DNA of 64,000 nt from Podarcis liolepis (lineage: Eukaryota). Position 1 is the stretch's first letter. Each line of letters starts with the position of its first letter. The stretch lies in the NCBI GenBank assembly GCA_965112155.1, contig OZ218103.1, one strand, 5' to 3'. The translations under genes were made by a program, and so were the position numbers. Positions 50,786 through 64,000 of the stretch are shown here, one piece after another. Under the pieces are notes generated by a model that had not been told where the DNA came from, did not search any database, and saw only the letters and a program-made list of their open reading frames with translations.

Positions 50786-51380
50786 TTGATTGATTGTGTG
50801 AAGTGGCTTTCCATGCTGTTCAGGCATGACAAAGCCTCCAGGGTTGCAAGAAGGCCTGGTTACTTCACACATATAGCTTACTATACGGACCTGTGTCTAT
50901 GCAGATGTCTTATAACTAGCCACCAATTTTGGTGGCTGCATGTGTGAACTGAGCCAAAGCCAACCCCATTTACCCCCAAAACACAATGCAGTTGGTAGAA
51001 TTTAGTATTGGCCTCCCCACGATAGGATGAAGCAGGAAACATCCTAGGAAAGTGAAATTTTTGACTGACTATTTGGTAAAGTCATACAGTTCTTAATCCT
51101 GCAGAGTTAGGATGCAAAGCTGATTCTTTTAGCTTCTGGCCTGAACAAGATATACACAAAAGATTTGCTGAATGCAGAGTGGATAAAGGAGGTGTCTGTG
51201 CTTTGCCTAGCATCTGTTGGTACTTCCTTACAGAGACTTCCTTACTATTTGAGACTGCTGATTCTAAAGATGTTCTGGGATGAGATCTGACCATTTAAAA
51301 AATCTAATTAATATTAAGCTGCAGTTGCACCTTTTCCTTAAGGGTTATAAAATCAGTTCACTGAATGGATAGGGTAGCAG

Positions 51381-51384
<4 letters not shown>

Positions 51385-51428
<44 letters not shown>
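51385..51428. repeat. (CT)n microsatellite
   Basis: Seen directly. Confidence 0.95.
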
Positions 51429-51434
<6 letters not shown>

Positions 51435-53527
51435 GTTAATGAAGTATTGATCCTTTCCGTAACTGATTATAGTGTCTGTGCAACCACTGACCTGGTTAGA
51501 CTGCTTTTCAAAAAACTTCTTGCCATGTGAACTGGCCTGAATAACATCTAATCACATTTATTCCACTTCATTTCTGATTAATTCCATTCAAGGTACCATA
51601 TCAAGGTAATAAAAACGAATGGATTAAGAATTGGGGCTTAGTATATTAAAAATCAAAACATAATCACAGGGCTTTTTCAGTGTTTATGTCTAAAGGGAGG
51701 TATGTGTTTTTCATCCTATACAAGTACAAACCCTTTTTTGGAAGTTGATCTCTTTATGATGGCATTTACTTTTGATAAGCTGTCTGCTAGAGGTGTTTAT
51801 AGTTACAGACGGTTATGATATTGCTAAATGTTTTAAGTCCTGTATTATCTTGTTAGAACTTGTCATTATTTAACGCAATAAATTTTAGTCTACCTGAAGA
51901 AAATTGTGGTGCATTGAAATAATTTAATACCTACCCACTCATTGGTCCCAATTTAACATTATTAACTATTGGTTTTCATGTATTGTTCTAAGTAACAATT
52001 GCTTAGCGCAGTCTCTGCTTTTAACTCACAATTTAATCATACATTGTGTGAATTTAGTAAACCAAAGATTATAGTGAATTAATAATAGTGAACCAGCTGA
52101 CCAGAGCTGAACTGCAGTTCTATCGCTATAAAACTTAATTTAAAACATATAATTGGTGTTATATGTTATGTGTTTACAGGGTATTAGTTTTGATTTTTCT
52201 CTTGATTACACATCATTAGTCTGTAGTACCATTCATTAACAGCACGATTTGCATATGTCTACTCAGAAGTAAGTCTCATTCAGTTCAGTGGGTCTTATAG
52301 TTAATTGTGCATAGGATTGCAGACTTAGTGATGGTCGTTCATTTCAAACATGTAAGATCTGAAATTAAGGAATATTACCGGTAAGGTATATATAATGAAA
52401 TCAGACTAAATCCCAGTTTTCCATATCTATACTGTTTGTACATAGAACTACACTCCATTTAAAAGGGACAGAGTGTTTCCATTAAACTACAAATCCTTAA
52501 TAGAAGAAGTTTGATCCACACTATTTTCCTATCTTTTTGAAGCACTGGGTGGAAATACCTTATGCATTCTAACCACTGTTATTACTAATGGGAGGAGAGT
52601 ACATAAATGTCTGGTGCTTTTAAGTCCAAGAGCTTGTAGTGCCTAAATGTAATGTATGAGTCTGATGGTCATCAAAGCATCTGCTTCAGAAATGTTCCTT
52701 CTTTTGTTCAGATCTCAAACTTACAGCCTGTTAAATCCCCAATAAAAGAAAATAACTGTCCAGTTTTCATGTGTTAACTAAAACAAACAAGGACAGAAGA
52801 TTCTTTGAGCTGTTTCGGCTGGTATATTGATATGCAGGAACAGGATGCACAATCTCCCTGTGCTTCCTGTTCTTACACAACATTATCATGTCTCAAATAT
52901 GAACTTTGTTACTTTTATTACCAGGGACATGCAAAAACTGTGTGTATGTGAGGAGCTTGCACATCTTCCAGGTGGGGGGGATGAATATTGGGTGTGACAT
53001 TGTCACAGATGAACAGGAAGTATGGGAAATGTCTGCATCCTGTCCTGTACAACAAGGTATTAACCAAAGCAACTCACAGCCTGGGGATAAGCAGATCAAA
53101 GAGAAAACGAAGAAGACAAGGTATGCTGTATTGGTACTAGAATCGTATGTTATGATGTTACAGTAGTAGGAGATAGATAATTAAGAATAAAAAGGAGAGG
53201 CATTGTATAATGGTTCCAAACAACCTGGCTTCAGATTCTGCTTCGTCATATATTCAGCTCATAAACTTGTATATGTGCTAGAATGTAGGGAGTATATTGT
53301 CCATGATATCCAGGTTCCTGCCCTCTCCATATTTACATACACATTTTCCCTTTAAGCCATTAGAGAAGCTAAAAAGAGAGTAACCTAAACTGATTCTAAA
53401 CAGTATTCACACTTTCCAGGTTGGTGGCAGCAACCAATTTGGAGCACTTTTGACCTCACCATGCCCCATCTTGGTAAATGCCCCGCTGCGACTGCCAGGA
53501 GGGTGCTGCTGCTGCTGCTCCTACCCC

Positions 53528-53528
<1 letters not shown>

Positions 53529-53573
<45 letters not shown>
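53529..53573. repeat. (AC)n microsatellite
   Basis: Seen directly. Confidence 0.95.
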
Positions 53574-53575
<2 letters not shown>

Positions 53576-55622
53576 ATGGCTCAGCACCACCATGCTTGAC
53601 ACTGTTTTGACAAATGCAAAAGTGCCCACAGTTCCGCGTTACAGTTATGCAGCAACAAGCAAGGTGCTAAAGAAAGCTGCTGGAAGAAGCTGACAACAGG
53701 AAGCAACAACTAGGAGGTAATTCTTAACATAATCAAGTGCTTGTGGTCTTAAGTAAAGTTGATGTCCAGCTGAACTGAAAATAATCTGCATGAAATTAGA
53801 GAAATGTTTATTTCTCTATCACATTAGCATCCCAACATACTTTTACCACCTTCAGGACAGCTTGTATATGGTCTTATATACTGATCTTCAGAAGAACTCA
53901 GGAGGGTTATATTCATGGCAGATGTGGAATTTGAACACAATTCTCTCTGGTAATACCCTATCTATCTATTCTATTATACGGACATGCTTAAGAACTCAAA
54001 CTGTCCAAAATGCTTGCCTGTAGTATGTTATTTCTTTTATTCTGACCCAAATTTATGAAATTGCATGTGCAAATCAAGTCTTTATTATGGCTAGCATCCT
54101 TTCCTAAATGTCCAGACTAGGTTTTCTGGATGGCAGTGCAAAGCATCATTGCTCTTCCTCTAGGCTTGATAATTAAATATTGGTTAATAGATTTGGGTAT
54201 TGTTTATCAACAGAACACTACAAGGGAAGCACAGTAAAGTTAAGTGATGCTGTAAAGTGTTTGGGAGGGTGAAATTTCTGTTTGTCCCTCATTAGAAGCA
54301 GCTGTAAAGGAATACAACTTATAATCATTTTACTCAAATAAAATGGTACACTTTTTATTTTTATTTGGCATGAGTAGTCTGACATTTGCTAATTTAAGCA
54401 ATTAGCATACCTGAAAAAGCTACTTTTGATATTTAATTATTAGCAAGGTTTTTTTTTATGTAGGAAAAAAAGCAAAACCATTCATCCAAAATTATAGACA
54501 CGAAGTACCAAACTGCAATATCCTGACTCACAGTGCTTTATCAAAAGCATTGCCAGTTTTCTGCTTTAGACTTGATTGGGCATAAAAATATCCCTGCACA
54601 GGGACATTTTTATTACCTCATTTGGTTTTAGAGAACTTTGCTTGCAAGTGTTTATATTGGTGTATAATAACTGGAGTTGCAAATATCTCAAGAATGCAGA
54701 TTAGTTGTAAATATGACATACCTAGTATTCCCAGAAGTGATTCTCATCATCCACCTATGTAATGTCTCCCACCTCCCAATACTGTATTTGTTGGTTAACT
54801 CTCTAAACTGCAAAGCACCCATTTTTTGTAATATCCAGTAATCAGCTCTTATTTCTGCCTCTTGCGTCCCACAGTTCTCTTGATAGAAGTTTTGGCATGA
54901 CAGAGTGCAGAAGGCCTCCCCATATTTGGACATTATGACAAGTTCAGCCACTGGCTCCATTTTCTCCAATAAAATTTCTGGTTATTGCACTGCTGCTGTA
55001 GTTTCCAAAGCAGACTTGTTCAGCCAAGTTTCACGAGTTAGATGTATATCTGAAGATAGTCAAGCCTCTTTCAGACATTTCTGCAGAAGTGCAACAGTTG
55101 GACGCATGAGATACTTGCATGTGCAAGTAGCTGTGTTTGCTCTGTTGTTTTAAACTTGAAGTCTTTAGGGATTGGTGGTCATTGAGAGTATTTCCTTCCT
55201 TGAGGATTTTCAACTGCAGGCAGGGACTGAATGCTACCCCTTACAAAAATAATAATAATGCATATATGGAAGACTAGATTTATGGGAGCAGGATTCTAGT
55301 CTATTCCCCCCCCCCGCCGCCGCCGCCCCCGATACATAGGAAAATGTTTTTTTCAGGGGATCTGAGGTAGGGAGCAGGAGAGGTGACCATGGAGGGAGAT
55401 GTTCTGTAAGCATTTGCTTTGAATCGTCACAAAACCCACGGGCCTTTCTGGATGTTCACTTGGAGCATTCACAAAGACTGACCCCTTTTTCAGCAGTGAA
55501 TTATGCTGGATAGGTTATTTCCTGGTTTGGGCACTGCATATGGCATACATCCCTGGGAATGACAGATTTGACCAAATGCAGTGTGCAACTAAGTATTTGT
55601 GAGGAAGGGAGAAACGAAGTTA

Positions 55623-55864
55623 CAGTTATACCTCAGGTTACAGACACTTTAGATTACAGGCGCTTCATGTTACAGACTCCGCTAACCCAGAAATAGTACC
55701 TCAGGTTAAGAACTTTGCTTCCGGATGAGAACAGAAATCGTGCTCCAGCGGCACAGTGGCAGCGGGAGGCCCAATTAGCTAAAGTGGTACCTCAGGTTAA
55801 GAACAGTTTCAGGTTAAGAACGGACCTCCAGAACGAATTAAGTTCTTAACCCAAGGTACCAATG
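55623..55864 (+). mobile_element. Tc1/mariner (Tigger-like) MITE
   Basis: TA-cagttatacctcagg...aaggtaccaatg-TA; internal sequence matches the other copies. Confidence 0.88.
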
Positions 55865-58800
55865 TATATTGCTCTCTTCTGTCAGGGAAACAAAGTGTTA
55901 GTAGCGCTGCTTTGATTTCATTTCATCACCACACTATTTTAGTTGTTGTTTTTAAAGTACAGATAACATTGTGTTTGCATACACCATGTGTGTGTGGACT
56001 GTCTTGTTCTGAGAAGTATCATCATACAGAGTGCTGTCAAAGATGCCTCCCCATACACACGCACACCAAATTAGTAAGTGGGAACATTCTGTTCCATAGT
56101 TTAGTCTTTTGTCTTTGGTCAATTCATATACTTTCTCATTCTACTTCTAAATAGCCACATGTGCAAAGAGTACTCAAGTTACAGAAAAAAATGTCAACCA
56201 TATGTAACATGCAAGAAGATTAGTGGTAATAAAACTGAATTAATTGTGGTTTTGGCAGTCAAGACAACATAAGGGCCATATTTTAGAGTTTTAGGCAAAT
56301 CCACATGTATCTCAGAGTTCGCTATAGATCTGCAGTATGTGCGGTTACTTAAATGCACGTCCTGCTTGGTAGTCTGGCCTGTCATTCAAAATGGATGGCA
56401 GGAAACTAACATCTCGGAGGTGATCATAGTGCTATAGATTTTAATTCTAATGCCAGTCATACTGGTTGAGACATGTTCTGATAAATGAAAAATGAAATTT
56501 TCAAACATTCTTTACTGCCTGCTGTGTATCTTGGCAAATAATCATCATAAGGGTTTAGCATAAAAAAATTCCAAGGAGCACTCTGGCATAGGTTTTTAAA
56601 ATAAGTGTTTCATAATAGCATACTGTAAGTACAGACTTATGCCCTTAGACCCAAGAACTGGCTGTTTCCTGTACTTGCGCAGTGATAGGGAAAGTTTTGA
56701 CTTTAAAGGATGGTAGTGGTGAGCATTTTCTTTTCCATATATGATTATGGGAAATGTGCGTGCTCATAGCTTTTGGGATTATGCGTTATTCTCCTGTTTA
56801 CTTTTTTGAAAAGAAAATGTTATCCATTTTCTCTAAGGCAAATAAATTGTTTATAAATCTCTACATATAGATAGCCCAGCTGATAAACAGTTTCATAAAT
56901 AGAGAATGCTGTCTGCCCAAAGCCAGCATCAGATATGCAGTGTTAGTCAAACGAAGAAGATGAGAATGAGGAATAGAGAGAAAGAAAAGAAAGATATCTG
57001 TTGGTTTGCTATTAAAACTGAAGTTCCAGATTCTTGCTTGAACATGTCTGAGTTCAAATGAGGCAACTTTCAGTGCTTCACCAAGTGCTTAAATTTAGGT
57101 GACGGAAGCACTACTTTGCTAATTTGAGCGGAATGTTTAAAACAAAGTGTTACTGTTTAATCTGGGCACATGACGTGCGAATGAATGTTTGAATGAAATG
57201 ACATAATTGTTGGTTAGTCTGTATAATTTAGAGAGGGGGGCCTATCTCAGCACAAGTTTCAGTTCATAAGCATTGGGAAGAATTCTCATTTTGGAGAGAG
57301 AAATTATTTGCCTTCAAAAACAAGTAGTACAGCTTTCTTCTTTTCTCATATTTGTCAGCCTTTAAAAAATAAAGATATATCTCAGACTTGCTTATATCCA
57401 TGCCTTTCAGCTGAAGAGCATTTTTCTTAACCTCTTTCCTCACATTGCATATGATATTTAATCCATCATGTTAACTTTAAACAATAATACACAAGCTGTT
57501 GCTGGCAGTAGCATAAAGCTGATGGTCCATCTGGAAAGCAAAAACACTGATCAGGGAAATAAGAGAATTAAAACTGTTTAGGGGGTATATTTGCATGAAT
57601 TAAAAGAAAAAGAACCCAGAATGGAGAACATTGTATTTAATAGTTTTTTAACAGGCAGTTTATTAATTGTTTTGTGTTCTCGCTGAGAGGAATTCCTAAC
57701 ACAAAATACACTTATTTTCCAGCTAGCCATTATTCTTAGAAGGTTGGTTTTTTTAAAAAAAGTAAAGTAATAATGCTTAAAAACCACTGTCAAGAGAGTT
57801 ATTTTAGTTCACAGAATACATAGTCAAGGATTCTGTGCAAAATGTTACCTTTTGTATTCTTCTTCATGACTCATAGAGGAATAATAGAGACATGATCCAT
57901 CAACCAATTTGACTCTAAAGGTTAAGACAGGTAGTTACAGGGGGCTTTAAATACCAGCTGTAGGATAAGTCAAGTTTCATATTGAGTAGTTCTTTTTAAC
58001 CAATCAAGAGGCTTGACTTTAGAAAAAGCATCACAAGAGTACTGCCCTTTAAACAATGAAGGGGCTTTGCATCGCAACCCACAATGGTTCACATTCTGCC
58101 TATGCAGTAGACATCAGGAGAAAAAACAATTATGAGATTAAAATCTTTTGACATATTAATGTTGGGCACAATCCAGCAAAATTTAAGCTTCAAGTCCCAT
58201 GGATTTAATTTAGAATAATTGAAGAACATGTATAACTCTGGTATCAATGCGACCTAAAAAGTTTCATTTATGGTTGTTAGGACTGTTGCTGATCAAAAGT
58301 GAGTGTTCCCATTTTCAGGAATAAAATACATCTTCCATTCCTTACGTTGTTTTGCCAGTAGATTTCAGGTTTCTTGTCCAGTACATTTTATGAGAAATTT
58401 TGAGACAATTAGTTCATTTTGAGGGCATGAAGTGGCACTATAATATTTTGCTGATATTTTTTGCATCAACATGTATGGGGCATGTATTTGTGTAAACCAC
58501 CCCTTCCAAAAAAATACTACAGCTACAATTTTAAAATTTCTTCCGTTGTTAGGAAAGTTGTTAGTCTTTGATTTTATGAAGACATCAGAAAGCAAATAGG
58601 CAAATTATATAAATAAGGAGATTTTTAAAAAACTAATAATAATGAGAGTTGCTAAAAATCTCTGATGATTGTACTGAAATATATGCTTTTAGCTTTAAAT
58701 GACTATACATAGAGTGCTGCTGAGATAGTGGAAAATTTTACACCGAGGAATGGCAGTAACCCAAGTTACCTGTAGGATTTGGAGTCATATGGAAACACTT

Positions 58801-60084
58801 AAGGGGCAGTGGAAAACTTTTTGAAATGCACTGGAATGAGCTAGCAGCATTATTCAATAGAAAAAGGAATATGGATTGCACCAGTAAGAAATATTACACA
58901 CATACACACCCTTTGAGATATATACTTCAAGTCATATGCTGGTATTTATCCAGTTTTTCATTTATATTTTACAATCAGCCGTCCTATAGAAGTTACACAC
59001 TTTGAAAGGTATGACTTTTGTGCTTCCTAAGACTCTAGAAGAGTAGATAATAACAATATAATATAATATAATCCAAAATGTTTATGGTGCTAGATGCCAG
59101 AGCATCTGTCCTCTTCACAATAATTAAAACTGACTTATCCATAAACAATAAATAACAGGCTACCCACTCAGGCAGCCAGAAACTCACTGCCACATAAGCT
59201 CACTAGCTGCACCCATCTGCCAAATAAAATCCTCCTTGCTGCCTTCTATTGTCAAAAAAGGCCTGACTAAATAAGCATGCCCAGGACTGATACGGTCTGA
59301 TTCTTTTCCGTAGGTCATTCTTCAGAAGGGAACCTTGGCCAGCTCTTCCTTTTCTGAGGGTAGCCGTAAGTCCCTCTGCTTGACACCCATTTTGTGTGTC
59401 CCAAAGAACAACAAAAACTCCATTCTGTTTTATTAGGATAAACCAACAAGTACCTCTTTTTTCCTTATGTAATTTAATTAAATTATTTAATTAAGTTATT
59501 TATTACCAACTTTTTGGAACACAGGAGTGTAGGGGGGTGGGAGCTACCTCTTGAACCCTAGGGAAGAAGTGACTTAATGACTAGAAAATAAAAGAGAATT
59601 TGCTTGGGAAAACTGTGGAATTAAAGTTCCAGATGAAACATGCACCAGTGATGCATAACATTTTTGTTAATTGGGTCTTAACAGGTTTCCGACTCACGCT
59701 GCAATCATTTTAGAAATGGGTCACACTAGGCAGCGCCGGCAGGGTATCCCTGCAGCTTATAGAACATTTGCCTTGCAGTAAAACGGCATCTAAATTTGGG
59801 CTCATCTGATTGCGTAGTGAATATGCCTGACTTCAGGGGAGCTACACCAATTTGTACCCATTTGATGAGCTTGTTGCCTCTTTACAGCTGGAAAACCCAA
59901 TCCGCAGTGTAGTTGGCCTTACAAGCCCCATTAGTGTGTGTAGAATTGGCATCTGTACAGAGCTGCTGCTTAAAAAAAAGAGAATGTCTTAAGAACCTGT
60001 CTGCATACATCCAAACCATTTAGATAATAAGAATGGTTTGGATAATAAGACTTGATGAATGAGAGACCTGGGTCCATGACCTCA

Positions 60085-60134
60085 TATACATACATACATA
60101 CATACATACATACATACATACATACATACATACA
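60085..60134. repeat. (TACA)n microsatellite
   Basis: Seen directly. Confidence 0.95.
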
Positions 60135-63100
60135 TTTGCCCCTTCTGCAATCATTACAGGGTCCATGCTGCTAAGGGGAGAATGTGTGATGCCAATTTCA
60201 TGTATCAAAGTGAATTCAGGTATTCAAGTGGGCATCATCTCAGAATACATGTGGAGGATCAGTTTGCCCAGATAATGATTTCAATCTGTGATTACAAATA
60301 TATTAGAGACAACTGTCTTTCCATGTGCAGGGAAGCATTAGTTTGAAGGCTTTATAGAAAACCCACCAAAACACCTCTTAGGCAGTCAGAGATAGTAGAG
60401 TTCCACAGAGGACCATAGCACTTGCTTGCTCAAACAGTTGAATCGGCTGACTTGCTACAGCCAGTATGAAAATGTGCAAGACATGCCAATCCCACAGTAG
60501 GCATCTTATTTTATTATCCCAATCTTTCCCCACTGTGTGTTCTGAGTTTCTGGGGTAAACTCCAAATTTATACTCACAGGAGTTCAGAAGTTTCTGGCTT
60601 TTGCAATCCCTGCCTCTTTCTTACATTGTTTAAAATGTTGTATTAGTTACAACGGTTGATAAAAGTTTGTATGGTTAAGATGCCAATTCCACATCTCTTA
60701 TTATTTGAGTGAATGAAGGGCTCGGGTTCTATTACAAGCTTATGTTTGTCCCAGTTTACATATGCATCCTATATACTAGCCTATACTCTGCCATAGGAAT
60801 GACTGAGTAGCCATTTTTATCTATTAGACTTCGTTCTCCCCAAATGATGTGCCTGGGCTACATTGCTTAAGATTTCAGAGATGGGGTTTGTGTCATAAGA
60901 TTTACTGCCCTTCTGTACACACAAAAATCTGACGCTATGATTCTATTTTTCTATGTGCAGGGATGTTTTTTTGGTAGATGCAAGAAAGTAAGCCCCATTA
61001 CACACGTTTATCATTTCAGTTAACACCACACTCACTCAAATCCTGTTGATTTCACCTGAGTGGCATTGCTTCAGTACCCAGTAAATTGTCCACTGTTGAG
61101 AACAAGCATTTGGGAGAGAAACTTAAAAGAAACAACACTTGCCCTCATGGTGCTGTCTGTAGAGTGGTGGCAGCATCTCTGTATACCACCATTAAATCAG
61201 CTGTGGGGAGTTTTGTGATAGTCTAGCATTAGAATCAACTTGTCTGCTAGTGGGGCAACATGGCCATTTGGTAGCCAAAGCTAGTAAGGAATGCAGCTCA
61301 CATGTACTAGGGTGATGGAATTGACCTGTCACCAAAAGGACTTGTAGAGGGTATTACAAGATTTCCTTTAAGGTTAGTGGGAGATGGTAGAGAGAACCAA
61401 GCTGGGCAAACTAGTGGCATGGAGGAGCCGTTTAGTTGGAAAAGCAGGAAAAGGACTCCTAAAATTTTAATTTAATGAAAGATATGAAAGCATTACAAGG
61501 ACTAGAAAATATTCTCTGTGTTACTAGAGTGTAAGGCAGGGTTCTTGATGGGGCCCAGAGTGATTTGGGATGAAGCTTGGGGCCCCAGGAGATAATTGTG
61601 GCAAGACAGCCACCCTAAGCACAAAATTAGAAATTAAACAGCACCCCTCTATTCTGGTCCTATTTTCATTTCCGTGGTAATGTTTGGAAGTTAAATTAAG
61701 TTGTCATCTATTTTAGTCCAAGTTACAGTGTCCAACTGTTTTGATTCATTTAAGCAGTAACAATTCATATGAGTCAGAACCAAGTAGGATAGGGTAACAT
61801 TGTCTAGTCCCAGTGTGTGGGGAAACAGTAAAACCTTTCTGTTTAACCCAATGCCCAAACTATCCAGTCAAACAGTTGCATTGATGCAGAGGCATCTTGA
61901 AAATCTCTTTATCACCTTTTTAAAAGAAAGAGTGGCTCAAAAGATGGAGGTGTCATTCTCTTACTTTTGTCTGTTTGAGCCGGTCAGGCTGAAGACAAAG
62001 TCCTATTATAAATTAGATCTTAATCCTTCCCCCTAAAGTAAGATTAGAGCATTAATTGGTATATTAAAAATTCACCCAACTGTGGTAATTCCTCTGTTTT
62101 AAAAGCGAAGCAGCCTGTGTTTCACTAAATCCTACCCTTTTTCTTTCTCTCCAGAAGTATCTTCACTAAGCAAAATTATTCTAATGCTCCTAAAGTTACC
62201 ATGATGTTATCTTGCTAATTAGTGCTGTGGAAAAAAAGATCAATTAATGTTATAATTAAAAACAGTGTGTTTAGAACGGTTGTTTGTGGTGAATGAATGT
62301 GACAACTACTTTGTTCACTGATGATGGGTGGTGTTTCTCTAATAATCTATGCAGGCCTTTGCTGTTATTTACATAAAGGTCCTCAAGAGGCACCTTCATT
62401 TTCTGTCAAAGTGACATAATGTACATGTGCATGTATGTGTGCACATAAGGAAACAACTGTAGAAAATGTTTGTCTCAGTTGCTTGGAATTATGCTTAATT
62501 CAGTCAACAGTTGCTCAGCATTGTGTTTTGGTGCATTGTGATGAGAGGCAATGTATTCAGATCAGTTTTGAGGTTGAGACTTTCCAAAAAAAATCAAGTA
62601 GATATTGGACAATTCATACCCCTATTAAACCCCAGAAAGAAATGAAATTGCCCACACCTATGTCCTATTTGGCACAAATGAACTGAGATGCCTTAGGAAG
62701 GGGACACCTAAGGCAGATGGAGAACCCAGTTAGGCACTTGTTGCACATATGAGTAAGTTAGAACTAGTTGTGACCCTAGGACCCATGTTTCTATTAATGG
62801 GGGAAGAGGTTGGAAGGCTCTTTATGAACTCAACAAACCTCACTGATGACTCCCTCTAGTTTTAGCCAAATAATGAGCCCTGTAAACTTTTAAAAACAGT
62901 GGCCGAGAGGGCCAAAATAAAAGGTAAGGGAAGTGCCCAGGATGTTTGGTATTTCTGACACTTTCCATTCTTTCTCTGTGTATCTCTCTTGAACTGACTG
63001 GCAGTCATCACATGCAAGGCTGGAACAGCTAGCCAGTGGGTTGTACTGCCATTTTGAAGAACATGGCTGCCTTATATAGCAGTGGCCGAGTCTGCTTCTT

Positions 63101-63270
63101 AAGACGCCTCCGCAGTGCTAATAGGTATAGCCAATGGATAAAGAGAAAGATAATGGGGAGCAAGGTTAAATTTGAGTAACTAAGTCCTGCATATTTTTCA
63201 CAGCTGAACCTTGCACTGGGAACAAATTTTTATTTTGTACTAAGTGTGATTAAGCAGTATGCTAACTGTA

Positions 63271-63312
63271 TAAACAAACAAACAAACAAACAAACAAACA
63301 AACAAACAAACA
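63271..63312. repeat. (AAAC)n microsatellite
   Basis: Seen directly. Confidence 0.95.
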
Positions 63313-64000
63313 GGAGCTTCCCTGCAGATACTGCTGAGGAACCAAGTGATGCACGGTGTCCTTAATTAGTAAAAATGTTGTTTTTGCTCAGTTGCTGAGT
63401 GCATATTTGAAACAGCGTAATAGATCACCATTCACTGTTAAAAACTGCAAAGGAGACCTACACATTTGCAGAAGTTGGAATGAACATCCTAATGTCTGGG
63501 TCAACTTATTTTAAAGCATTTGACACTTTTAAGTGGAACATACCCTTGCCTTAGCAGGCTGTATACTGCAACTGCAGCATCCCCCGAAAGGCCAGTATTT
63601 TGGCTCTAAACTGAAAGGTACTTAGTCCAGAGTTGTCCTATTAATCTCGGTGCCATTTTTCTGAGGTAAGTTACTGCAAAATAGCAACCACTATTTTTAA
63701 CTCATTTATGCTGTCAAAATTCAGACTTTTAAATGTTGTATGGCTGTCGAACCTACTCCATTTATACAAGAGTGATGTTTATTGCAGTGCAGGAGGGTAG
63801 TATGTATTTTTGAAGTTCTGCTTGGCCTTTTTCAGGGATAGAGCAAGCTGTTCTTCATATATCGTATCCTGGGAAAGCTCTGTTACAGTTAAACGTGGAA
63901 CAGTATCTCCATAGGAGCTGTTGCCAAGCAGATACATGGTTTTGGAATGTTCCCAGCAAACTTCCACAGCTGATACTCTAGCGACGAGCTCGCCTTTCTT

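Noticed and set aside
60211-60235. cag-gtATTCAAGT resembling the start of NFIA exon 3
   Set aside because: No pyrimidine tract or AG directly before it, and the following sequence does not encode SQSESPSQP.

Overview
Vertebrate genomic DNA, not prokaryotic. The Sauria and Squam3-type SINEs, BovB, L2, CR1 and hAT/Tc-mariner MITEs point to a squamate, most likely a lacertid lizard. The window holds the 5' end of NFIA (nuclear factor I A) on the + strand: a multi-CpG-island promoter region (~4.9-12.9 kb), coding exon 1 (11416-11442, MYSPLCLTQ), the 532-nt DNA-binding-domain exon 2 (17258-17789) and the first ~46 kb of intron 2. Exon 3 was not recognised. Intron 2 carries a young, 5'-truncated RTE-X-type LINE (~30480-34757) with an uninterrupted APE-RT-CCHC ORF2. 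Most notable observation: ORF2 has no usable AUG and overlaps ORF1 in the -1 frame. The overlap contains an in-frame T TTT TTA slippery heptamer followed by stem/pseudoknot-forming sequence, so it is a candidate gag-pol-style -1 programmed frameshift in a vertebrate LINE. A single-copy indel in the T run is the main alternative. Other points: a composite MITE apparently patched from its inverted neighbour with 45 bp of captured flank, a candidate stop-containing cryptic exon in intron 2, 5'UTR uORFs and candidate alternative first exons. Repeat family names are from recall, not from a database search. Most short ORFs in the supplied track are spurious.
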